DNA of 35,120 nt from an uncultured bacterium (GTDB lineage: Bacteria; Hinthialibacterota; Hinthialibacteria; OLB16), in NCBI GenBank assembly GCA_964581845.1, contig CAZORO010000003.1:1-35120 (forward strand), written 5' to 3'. Positions 7,048 through 15,173 of this stretch are shown here, one piece after another. Within the stretch, counting starts at the first letter, position 1. Each line of letters starts with the position of its first letter. The position numbers and the translations under genes are program-made. The notes below the pieces were generated by a model that saw only the letters and a list, made by a program, of their open reading frames with translations, was not told the origin of the DNA and did no database searches.

Positions 7048-9399
7048 ATGCTTAACAGAAGGACCTTTTTACCGGTATGTTTGGCGTTATGTGTTTTCGC
7101 GGGTGGTGTAATGGCGGATCCTGTGATCACAAAAGAACCCATCTTTCCAAACTGTGGCTTCGAGAATGGCAATTTGGATAACTGGACTCAAACTTTGGGA
7201 ATCGCCTGGCAAACAGCTTCGGGTGATGGCTTCCTTCCCTGGTTCAATGCAGCCCCGGAAGGCACTTATGCGGCCTCGACCATGTTCCCTGCAGGAAGTG
7301 TTTCAGAGTCGGAGCAGGCCACGCTTAAGTCGATCAATTTCACGGTTCCAGCCGGAAAAGATAAACTGGGATATTACATCGCGGGTTGGAATGATCCCTT
7401 TATCCACGTTGATATCAAGAAGGCCTCGGATGACTCCGTGGTCTGGTCTCAAGTGGTTCCCTCCACGAATGCATCTTTCGTTCTAGTCCAAAAAGACGGA
7501 TTCAGTGCCTATGCGGGCCAAGAACTCTATATTGAAGCAGTGGACATGAATCTGGGTGGTGATCCGGGTGCGGTCAATGGCTGGATTGGTATCGACGGCT
7601 TTGCGTGGATCACTTTCGCTACCTGTACACCTGACCCAAACCTCGCTTTTCCGAATGCTGATTTCGAAACCGGCGATTTCACCAACTGGACAGTGAATGG
7701 TGAATGCTTCGCGATCAGCACCGCGACATGGCCATCGGACGGATATCAGTGCAATTACCATTGCACCTCCTTTACTGATGAATCCTGGACCGGCTGGCTT
7801 GAATCAATTCCGTTCAAGATGACCGGAAACCTTGTGAAGTTCAAGATCGGTGGCTGGACAGAAATACCAGGCGAGGGGCAGAACTGGAATTATGTCACCC
7901 TGAACCTTGCGAGCAATGGGGCCGAATTGGACCGTGTTCTCGCCCCCAACATCACCGGGACCATGGCGACCGAGTACCTCGATGGCTCTGCGGCAAGAGA
8001 TCAGAATGTGTATATCATGGTGGTTGATGAAGGTGCCAATTACGGTTTTGCCTGGTTGACGGTAGATAATTTCACAATTGTCGAGGGTTTACCCCCATGC
8101 GATGAATATCCTGACCTCGCTTTTCCCAACGCGGATTTCGAAACGGGTGATCTCACTGGCTGGACCGTGACGGGTGATGCATTTTCGACACCTGGGACTA
8201 CCTGGCCTTCGAGTGGGTTCCACTGCAACTTCCTCGGGAGTTCATTCCCGACAGGGGAAGTCAGGACCGGAAGTATACAGTCTCCTCCATTCCTGCTCAC
8301 CAAAACAGGTGTGAGCTTCAAGATCGGTGGCTGGGCCAATACCCCCGGCAACGAAGAGAATTGGAACTATGTCACTCTTCACCGTGCCAGTGACGACGCC
8401 GAACTGGATCGTGTGCTCGCTCCCAACATCACGGGTGTGATGAAAAACGAGATGCTCAATGGTACGGCCGCGTTGAACCAGAATGTCTATGTCAAGGTAA
8501 CCGACGATGCCGCAGCCGGTGGATATGCCTGGTTGAGTGTCGATGCCTTCAGAATCACCGATTACTTCCCGCCAGAGAAACGCTCCTGGCCGGTCACGAT
8601 CTCCAAGGTTCCGGCCCCCCCCACCATCGATGGTAATATCAGTGCGGGTGAAATCTGGAGCTCTCTCCCCGCGGTGAGCATTGTGGACATGCGTCTTTCC
8701 ACACTCGAGATCGTGGATCCCAATGACCCGACATTCAAACACAATGGCGGAACGACGAATATAAGCGGGAATATTGGCAATGATGCCGATGGTTCCGGCT
8801 TGTATTACTTCGCCTGGGACAACAATGCTCTCTATATCGCTGCTGATGTGAAGGATGACAGCATCAATCCCAATACAGTTGCTAAGGCCGTAAATGGTGG
8901 TGATGCATTTCAAGTAGCCCTTGACTATGACCTGAGGAAGGTCACCGGGGCTGGAACAAACGGAGGCATCTTCATCCCCTCCGTGGCCGCAGCCGCGAAC
9001 ACGGGAACCGCCGGGACTGAAGATAATAGTCCTTACTTCAGCGCTTTCTGGCCGTCTTCAGCTCCCAATCCAATGACTGGAACCCAATGGGGTGTCACTG
9101 TCACGGAGGGAACTGGCTACAAGGTGGAGGTGGCGGTTCCATGGACTGCCTTTGAAGTCTCTGGCGCAACCTTCACCAATCCCTTCCCACCCACTGTGGG
9201 ACAAAAGATGGGCATGCTAATAGCGATCCTTGATCATGATGGCGGGGTTGGTCAAGGAATCACCTTTATGGCCGCTGCTGGCGGTGGCCAGGGTTTTGGG
9301 GCAGACGTCGGAACAGCAGTGGTGCAGCACGCCGAATTGTATCCTGAAGCCACTTTCGGGGATATCATCGTGAAAGTAGACGATTGGGCGCTTTATTGA
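7048..9399 (+). CDS. secreted carbohydrate-binding protein: three beta-sandwich modules plus a CBM9-like C-terminal domain
   Basis: Strong RBS (CAGGAGGAGAAAGGA) before the ATG. Signal peptide MLNRRTFLPVCLALCVFAGGVMADP. Three modules lie at aa ~33-190, 199-345 and 357-505 (FPNADFETGD.T.WTV.G..F, FKIGGW, NWNYVTL, ELDRVLAPNITG, AWL.VD.F.I). The C-terminal ~270 aa show CBM9-like marks (APPTIDGNISAGEIW, YYFAWDNNALYIAADVKDDSI, GDAFQVALDYD, VEVAVPW). Confidence 0.85.
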   Translation: MLNRRTFLPVCLALCVFAGGVMADPVITKEPIFPNCGFENGNLDNWTQTLGIAWQTASGDGFLPWFNAAPEGTYAASTMFPAGSVSESEQATLKSINFTVPAGKDKLGYYIAGWNDPFIHVDIKKASDDSVVWSQVVPSTNASFVLVQKDGFSAYAGQELYIEAVDMNLGGDPGAVNGWIGIDGFAWITFATCTPDPNLAFPNADFETGDFTNWTVNGECFAISTATWPSDGYQCNYHCTSFTDESWTGWLESIPFKMTGNLVKFKIGGWTEIPGEGQNWNYVTLNLASNGAELDRVLAPNITGTMATEYLDGSAARDQNVYIMVVDEGANYGFAWLTVDNFTIVEGLPPCDEYPDLAFPNADFETGDLTGWTVTGDAFSTPGTTWPSSGFHCNFLGSSFPTGEVRTGSIQSPPFLLTKTGVSFKIGGWANTPGNEENWNYVTLHRASDDAELDRVLAPNITGVMKNEMLNGTAALNQNVYVKVTDDAAAGGYAWLSVDAFRITDYFPPEKRSWPVTISKVPAPPTIDGNISAGEIWSSLPAVSIVDMRLSTLEIVDPNDPTFKHNGGTTNISGNIGNDADGSGLYYFAWDNNALYIAADVKDDSINPNTVAKAVNGGDAFQVALDYDLRKVTGAGTNGGIFIPSVAAAANTGTAGTEDNSPYFSAFWPSSAPNPMTGTQWGVTVTEGTGYKVEVAVPWTAFEVSGATFTNPFPPTVGQKMGMLIAILDHDGGVGQGITFMAAAGGGQGFGADVGTAVVQHAELYPEATFGDIIVKVDDWALY
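7642..8562 (+). repeat. intragenic tandem duplication, two ~147-149-codon units starting 158 codons apart
   Basis: Units at 7642..8082 and 8116..8562 are similar at protein and DNA level. For example, ctcgcttttccgaatgctgatttcgaaaccggcgatttcacc matches ctcgcttttcccaacgcggatttcgaaacgggtgatctcact. Likewise ttcaagatcggtggctgg and gaattggaccgtgttctcgcccccaacatcacc match gaactggatcgtgtgctcgctcccaacatcacg. A more diverged third unit lies at 7144..7617. Confidence 0.8.
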
Positions 9400-9457
9400 A
9401 ATCGACACTGGGAATTATCGTGTCAGGTTTCAAAATGTAAACCAAGAATCAGTAAAA

Positions 9458-9482
9458 GGGGGCTTCCTTAATGGAAGCCCCC
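9458..9482 (+). promoter_or_regulatory. perfect 10-bp GC-rich stem-loop between the 783-aa gene and the first pseudopilin gene
   Basis: GGGGGCTTCC-ttaat-GGAAGCCCCC. No T-tract follows, so it is more likely a partial terminator, attenuator or RNA-stability element than a classical terminator. Confidence 0.5.
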
Positions 9483-9512
9483 GGGTTCTCCAGGAAGGAG
9501 AGAAGGGCACAG

Positions 9513-10202
9513 ATGACTCAAAGATTTTGGCAAAGTGGTTTCACGTTGATTGAGCTTTTAATAGTGATTGCAATTATCCTCATCCTCATCGCCATCGCGC
9601 TTCCCAATTTCCTGGAGGCACAGATCCGTGCTAAGGTAGCCAAGGCCGCGGGAGAAACACGTTCCTTGGTCATCGCCACGGAGTCCTACAAGTCTGATTG
9701 GAAGGGTCATGAACCGATCCCGTACATCGCGAATCCTGGACCTGTGAGCAATGATCCCCCCAGTTGGAACTGGTGGGGATTCGCCAGCCGTGGCCTGACC
9801 ACGCCCATCAAGTACATCTCCTCTCTTCCGATTGATCCCTTCGGAGATAGCAACGAAACAATGAGCTGGTGGCGGAGCAACAGAATTTTTGAACCGCCCT
9901 ACACCGTCATCCGGATTATGCGGGGTTTCGCTAGCTTCAAAGTGGGGCAAGCGCTATCTCCGCCTCTCGCCTCCATCCGCGCAGCCGCCGGCGGGAATGT
10001 CATCATCGGTGAGGACTTTGTACGCAATGCAAAACACTGCGGTTATATATACTACAGCTCGGGTCCGGACGCGGTGGATTCCACCGCGTGGGTTTGTCCA
10101 CAAACCTACTCACCCACGAATGGCACCACCTCTTTTGGAGACATCTATGCTTTTGGACCTGGGGATCCATTCGAGGACGACAACAGGCACTTGCTGCATT
10201 GA
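9513..10202 (+). CDS. prepilin-type N-terminal cleavage/methylation domain protein (GspG-like pseudopilin), paralogue A
   Basis: MTQRFWQSG|FTLIELLIVIAIILILIAIALPNFLEAQIRAK is a class III signal with Gly at -1, Phe at +1 and Glu at +5. AGGAAGGAGAGAAGGG lies upstream of ATG 9513, whereas the track ORF starts at 9471. The C-terminal motif is YSPTNGTTSFGDI. Confidence 0.9.
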   Translation: MTQRFWQSGFTLIELLIVIAIILILIAIALPNFLEAQIRAKVAKAAGETRSLVIATESYKSDWKGHEPIPYIANPGPVSNDPPSWNWWGFASRGLTTPIKYISSLPIDPFGDSNETMSWWRSNRIFEPPYTVIRIMRGFASFKVGQALSPPLASIRAAAGGNVIIGEDFVRNAKHCGYIYYSSGPDAVDSTAWVCPQTYSPTNGTTSFGDIYAFGPGDPFEDDNRHLLH

Positions 10203-10330
10203 TAAGGCGTAATAAAAAAACACAAATTCATCAGGAGCTGAAATCCTTTTATAATGCATTTCATCCCTGATAAGACATAAGGGATTTGGGTATTTCCCAA
10301 TATCCATCCCACGACAAGGAGGCAACCAAC

Positions 10331-10978
10331 ATGAAATGGCATTTCAAGGTATCTCAGGGTGGTTTTACACTTATCGAACTCTTGATCGTCATCGCCATCA
10401 TCCTGATATTGATCTCTATCGCCTTGCCGAATTTCCTGGAAGCCAAGACCCGGGCGCATGTCACCAAAATCAAGGGTGAAATGCATACTCTCCATATCGC
10501 GCTTGAGTCCTACCGTCAGGATTACGAAAATAAGAGGACCTTCATTCCCTCAGTTCCGTATGTAGTCAACGCAGATGGAGTCTATACCGCCTACCCGCTC
10601 CCCTATGATTACATTGGCAGGATCGGGCGCACTCCAAGAGTTGAAGACATCACCGTCAGGTGGGGACTCACCGAGCTGACAAGTCCTATCCAGTACCTGA
10701 AAACCCTCCCCTATGCCTCTTTCACCACCCTCGGATCACGCGAAGGTGGAAACTACAACGCTAAACCTGATGCCGGTTCGGCTTATGAACCAGCTTGGTA
10801 TTTTTACAAACAATATCAGGTTGGATGGAGAGCGGCAAAGGAATGGATGCTACGTGACACAGGTCCAGACCAGATCTTCAACAATGCATGGATGTCAAGT
10901 ATTGCTGAATCCCCCATGCTCTACTCACCCACAAACGGCACAATTTCCCGCGGAGATATCATCTTGCTGGGGCCATAA
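10331..10978 (+). CDS. prepilin-type N-terminal cleavage/methylation domain protein (GspG-like pseudopilin), paralogue B
   Basis: MKWHFKVSQGG|FTLIELLIVIAIILILISIALPNFLEAKTRAH. AAGGAGG lies upstream of ATG 10331, whereas the track ORF starts at 10286. Blocks LESYRQDY, LTSPIQYLKTLP, GPD and YSPTNGTISRGDI are shared with the other two paralogues. Confidence 0.9.
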   Translation: MKWHFKVSQGGFTLIELLIVIAIILILISIALPNFLEAKTRAHVTKIKGEMHTLHIALESYRQDYENKRTFIPSVPYVVNADGVYTAYPLPYDYIGRIGRTPRVEDITVRWGLTELTSPIQYLKTLPYASFTTLGSREGGNYNAKPDAGSAYEPAWYFYKQYQVGWRAAKEWMLRDTGPDQIFNNAWMSSIAESPMLYSPTNGTISRGDIILLGP

Positions 10979-11089
10979 CATTTTCCAACGCAGCTCTCCT
11001 TTTTTGTAACGATCATTATCACAGAGGGATCCCCCAAAAAGGGCATAAACTTTTTTTCCTGTAGCCACAACCAGAGGAGGGACTTCGCC

Positions 11090-14000
11090 ATGAGGTTGAT
11101 TCAAATCACCGGAATTCTCGTCTCCACGGTTCTTTTAGGGGCAGTCACACCGTTGGAGGGACAATCAAAGCATTTCAATGACCGCATGGCCGGTTGGCAA
11201 TACACCCTGGTGGCAACCGACGAGCAGATCCCGAACTCTTGCCTCACCACTTATTTTACCGAGAAAGTCTCATGCACCGAGACCCACTTCCTGGCGAAGC
11301 TGGTAGTGGGAGCCGGAAGCGGGGAGAAAGTGGTTTGGACTGAGGCACCCGAGGTGGTTTCTGTTGAGGATTTCCCGGGTGGAGTGGAGGCTGTTTACAA
11401 GCTGGATGGACATGAGATCACGACCCGTATCATGCCAGTTATTCGATTTTATCCGCTTGGCGAACGCCATGGCGCGGCACTTTTCGAGGTGAAATGCAAT
11501 CCTCCAGGGCCGATCATGGTCAAGTGCGGCGAAAGTCATGAGATCTTCATGTCTGGAAGAATCCCTCTCCTACGCAAGGCCCAAGTTGGTATGGAAGGGG
11601 ACGAGGCATTTATTCAAGATGGAGTAGGAATCCTCAATAGCAAAAACCACGAGATCACAACCGCAGTCACAGCCACGGGAGAGTTAGTTCAGCGAGCGGG
11701 AGACCAAGGCGGAAGTATCCTCGAAGCCCATTTCCCTCAGGGAGAGGGAGCATTGGTGCTGGGATTCTCCAACGACAAGGGCAAAGCCATGGAGCTCGCG
11801 AGGACTGACCCCACCGAGGCAGCCATGGAAATTGTTGATCATTATGAGCAGCTGCTACGCAACCGGATTGAAACGCCCGAGAAGGTAATGAATGACGCTT
11901 TCAGGGGGGCGTTGACAACACTTGAATACAATTGGATCAAACCCTATGGCTGGACCGAGTGTATGCACCATTGGGTTTGTATGTGGCACTTGCAGGCGAC
12001 GGGTGGACTGACCTGGGTTGGCCAGGGGGACCGCGCCAGGGAAAGCATGCTCATCCATGCCGATAACCTTTTCCCCAATGGAGCTGTCCCTCAATTCTCG
12101 CCGGGTGAATTCTGGCGCAGGGACTTCGGTGGATCGGATCAATTCTATGCCTGGCAGGTGTCCCAATACTGGAATTACACCGGGGATAAGGATTTCGCCA
12201 GACAGATTGCTCCGGCTCTGGATCGAATCATTGAACACGCCTTTACGGAGAACGATCCCGATGGCAATGGCCTTCTCGGATGGGGGCAGCAGATCGGCAA
12301 CCAGGAAGATTATGTGGCCACACCCAATGATGGCACCACCCCTACCATCGAAGGGATCCGGATGCTGCAAACACGGGCGGATCTGGCTAAAGCCCTCGGC
12401 GATCAGGAGACTGTGGAGAGATGTGAACGGCGCATTGCTCTCATTACCCAACGGCTTAAAACTCATTTGTGGCAGGCGGATCTGGGACGGTTTCTTTTCT
12501 TCCGTGACCCACTTGGAGTGGGAAGGCTTGATGGGCAGTATCACACCTTCATTTATCCGCTCATCTGGGGTGTCGTGGATCCTCTCGATTCCTGGACCAC
12601 CATGCGTCATTTACGCGATCGTCTGACTGGAGAGAAGGGTGAGATATATTGCTCGAATAATTTTCCCAACCATGTAGGTGGTACCTGGGGGATGCAGGCG
12701 GGTGCGGCACAACAACCCTGGGGAGCATGGGGACTCTCCGCGATGGGATTACGCAATGAGACCTACCGTCCACTCAAAGCCGATGCGGAGTGGGCCATGA
12801 ACAGCGATCACCGTGGCTCCTGGATGGAAGTAGCGGAGGAAGACATTCCAGCCTACTTCACCCCTCCTGCGGGCCTCTACATCCAAGCGGTAATCGAGGC
12901 TCTTTTTGGTCTGCAGATGCACAAACCAGAGGAGACTCTCAGGATCTCCCCATCCTTTCCAGATTCCTGGAATGCAGCATCTGTAAATATAGCCGATGTC
13001 AGTGCTGTCTTTACCCGTCAAGGTGATAACCTCAAATATGTGATTTCGACACGTGAACCCTTAAAAAGGGATATCCGGTGGATGCTTCCTCCCTCGACCA
13101 TTCAGTCAGTCAAGGTAAATGGTAAAATGATTGACTACAAAACCGCTCCCGGTGTGGATTGCATCATTCTCAGCTTTGCAACCACCGCCCTGGAGGAGAG
13201 CATCATCGAAATTGACTTCAAGCCTGCGAGTGTCTCCGCAGAACATCCCGCTTCGATTGCTGAAGGTGATGAGCTCCGGGTGAAGTTCGCGGGTGCCAAA
13301 GTGCTTGATATTCAAGACCGGTCCGGGATTCTTTCAAGCAATCCTGTGACCGGCCCCTCGGAGATCCGTGGGACGATCTCCGAGGGGCTTCTTTCTCCCT
13401 ATTCGGGATTCGGGCGGCTTGGCCAAATGACCTTCGCCCGCAGGACCCTGTTCGCCCTCTGCAAGACCGATGGAGGGAGTGAGTTCTGGAAGCCCATTGA
13501 CCTGACCCTGCTTCCCGGATATGAGGCCGTGGTCAAGGGCGAACTCGAACTTACGGATGATGCAGCTCAGATTACTTTAATCCTACGCAACAACACCACT
13601 CATGCACTTGAAGGCAAATCCACCTTCATTATCGCACAGGAGGAGATCCCTATTCAGGTTCTGGTGGGATCACGGTCAGAGAGTAATCAGACTATTCCTG
13701 TTCCAAAAAGAGTCTTGGGCCTCCTCTCCCCCGGTGAAAATGACGCAACCCTCTTGCTTCCCAATGGAGCGGTTCTTGATATCAAGGTAGTGGCATCAAA
13801 AGTGTTCGCGCCGGATACTGAGCTGAGGCCGTTCCTCGATGGCCGTGTCGTCAAAATCGCTCTGCCACAAGATCAACTGATACCTGATGAACAATGGCCT
13901 CAATTGCGTAATTACTATGCCTTCGCGCATGGTCCCTGGAATGGCTCCAAAACGCCACTCACGGCGCTGGAAGGTCAAACCACTGTGGAGGTTCCCGGTT

Positions 14001-15049
14001 TGCCTGGGATCTCTTTCGATATTGTAAACCGGAAAATGGCGCCAGCGTCTTGGAAAGCAGGGACACCGTCTTTCAGGATTCCTCTCGATGACGCGGTCTA
14101 CTCCAAGTTATACCTCCTGGTAGTACCCCTTCTCGAGAATCACGATACATTCAGCATGGTGGGTAGGGTGTCCGTGGAGATCGCTAACAGCACAGGCCAT
14201 GCGAATCAATGGGGACCGGGATACATAGGCCGGGATCTGTATTTCCCGGGGGACCTGGATTGGTGGTGTCCCCAGGAAATTGTTGGAGACTTTTCCACTG
14301 CACGAAAGGAACGTCCGGAGCGGTTTGGCTTGCTCCCGCTCCTGGGCTTCAAGGATTCAGATTGGGCGATTGCCAAACCGCCTGCGATTCCCCAATCCGA
14401 GTTCTGGTCAACCTCGCTTCCACTCAAGACCGCTTCCTCGGTGATGAGTGTTATTGAAGTTGATCTGAATGGTCCTAAACCCATTCGCTCTCTCTCCCTC
14501 TCCTCGATAGGAATCGATCCTGCTTTTGGTTTGGTCGCGGTCACCGCGGTCCGTCCCCCAGATCCGGATCAGGCTGGTAAGTTCTCCGCTCTGCTTCCGT
14601 CGAATCCCTATACTCTTCCAAAGACCGTGTTCAGACTCGATAAGGTGGGAGACCTGGAGGGATGGCGGACAGAGGGAGAAGCATTCAGTGTTTCCACCAT
14701 TTACGGCCAAACGACACTCAACTCAGTTGGCCGTGCTGGTGAATCCGCCACCGGCAAGGCGGTCTCTCCCCCGTTTACCCTCAGCCAAGATTTCCTCGGT
14801 TTCCTTTTCCAGGGAGGAAATTCCCAGGCCGAGACGGGGAATGGAGCACTGACTTTATCATTGGTGGAACATGCAACAGGGAAGATCCTCAAACGAGCCC
14901 ATCCAAGTGGTACCCATGTCCTTTCCAATTACAGAATACCAGTCCGTGAGTGGCGAGGACAGGAGGTACACATCGAGCTCGAGGACTCCAACACCAATGC
15001 CAGCTATGCCTGGATTGGAATACAGGGTGTTTCTTTGTCAAGCCGATAG
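11090..15049 (+). CDS. secreted 1319-aa protein with an (alpha/alpha)6-barrel glycoside-hydrolase-like core and a C-terminal beta-sandwich module
   Basis: RBS GAGGAGGG and signal peptide MRLIQITGILVSTVLLGAVTPLEGQ. The core block FPNGAVPQFSPGEFWRRDFGGSDQFYAWQVSQYWNYTGDKDFARQIAPALDRIIEH, DPDGNGLLGWG and NQEDY resembles the six-hairpin pattern of GDE_C, GH63 and GH78-type enzymes. The last ~141 aa (14624..15046) are the shared module (LEGWRTEGEAFSV, GKAVSPPFTL, FLFQGGNS, HIELEDSN, YAWIGIQGVSL). Confidence 0.8.
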   Translation: MRLIQITGILVSTVLLGAVTPLEGQSKHFNDRMAGWQYTLVATDEQIPNSCLTTYFTEKVSCTETHFLAKLVVGAGSGEKVVWTEAPEVVSVEDFPGGVEAVYKLDGHEITTRIMPVIRFYPLGERHGAALFEVKCNPPGPIMVKCGESHEIFMSGRIPLLRKAQVGMEGDEAFIQDGVGILNSKNHEITTAVTATGELVQRAGDQGGSILEAHFPQGEGALVLGFSNDKGKAMELARTDPTEAAMEIVDHYEQLLRNRIETPEKVMNDAFRGALTTLEYNWIKPYGWTECMHHWVCMWHLQATGGLTWVGQGDRARESMLIHADNLFPNGAVPQFSPGEFWRRDFGGSDQFYAWQVSQYWNYTGDKDFARQIAPALDRIIEHAFTENDPDGNGLLGWGQQIGNQEDYVATPNDGTTPTIEGIRMLQTRADLAKALGDQETVERCERRIALITQRLKTHLWQADLGRFLFFRDPLGVGRLDGQYHTFIYPLIWGVVDPLDSWTTMRHLRDRLTGEKGEIYCSNNFPNHVGGTWGMQAGAAQQPWGAWGLSAMGLRNETYRPLKADAEWAMNSDHRGSWMEVAEEDIPAYFTPPAGLYIQAVIEALFGLQMHKPEETLRISPSFPDSWNAASVNIADVSAVFTRQGDNLKYVISTREPLKRDIRWMLPPSTIQSVKVNGKMIDYKTAPGVDCIILSFATTALEESIIEIDFKPASVSAEHPASIAEGDELRVKFAGAKVLDIQDRSGILSSNPVTGPSEIRGTISEGLLSPYSGFGRLGQMTFARRTLFALCKTDGGSEFWKPIDLTLLPGYEAVVKGELELTDDAAQITLILRNNTTHALEGKSTFIIAQEEIPIQVLVGSRSESNQTIPVPKRVLGLLSPGENDATLLLPNGAVLDIKVVASKVFAPDTELRPFLDGRVVKIALPQDQLIPDEQWPQLRNYYAFAHGPWNGSKTPLTALEGQTTVEVPGLPGISFDIVNRKMAPASWKAGTPSFRIPLDDAVYSKLYLLVVPLLENHDTFSMVGRVSVEIANSTGHANQWGPGYIGRDLYFPGDLDWWCPQEIVGDFSTARKERPERFGLLPLLGFKDSDWAIAKPPAIPQSEFWSTSLPLKTASSVMSVIEVDLNGPKPIRSLSLSSIGIDPAFGLVAVTAVRPPDPDQAGKFSALLPSNPYTLPKTVFRLDKVGDLEGWRTEGEAFSVSTIYGQTTLNSVGRAGESATGKAVSPPFTLSQDFLGFLFQGGNSQAETGNGALTLSLVEHATGKILKRAHPSGTHVLSNYRIPVREWRGQEVHIELEDSNTNASYAWIGIQGVSLSSR

Positions 15050-15173
15050 GTGATGCTCCCCCTGAGTAAAAAGATTTGTAGTGATGGAGATTTACGGAAA
15101 CAGATGATCAACGGGGATGGTATTCATTCCTCGGTGTGGTAGTTCGTGATGGAGGAGTTCCACAGCCACAGTT

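Noticed and set aside
9534-9620. A similar ~85-nt sequence occurring three times (also near 10358 and 30285), considered as a CRISPR repeat or mobile-element repeat
   Set aside because: It is the coding sequence of the conserved pilin N-terminal helix. The copies differ mainly at synonymous positions, are kilobases apart and lie in frame within ORFs.
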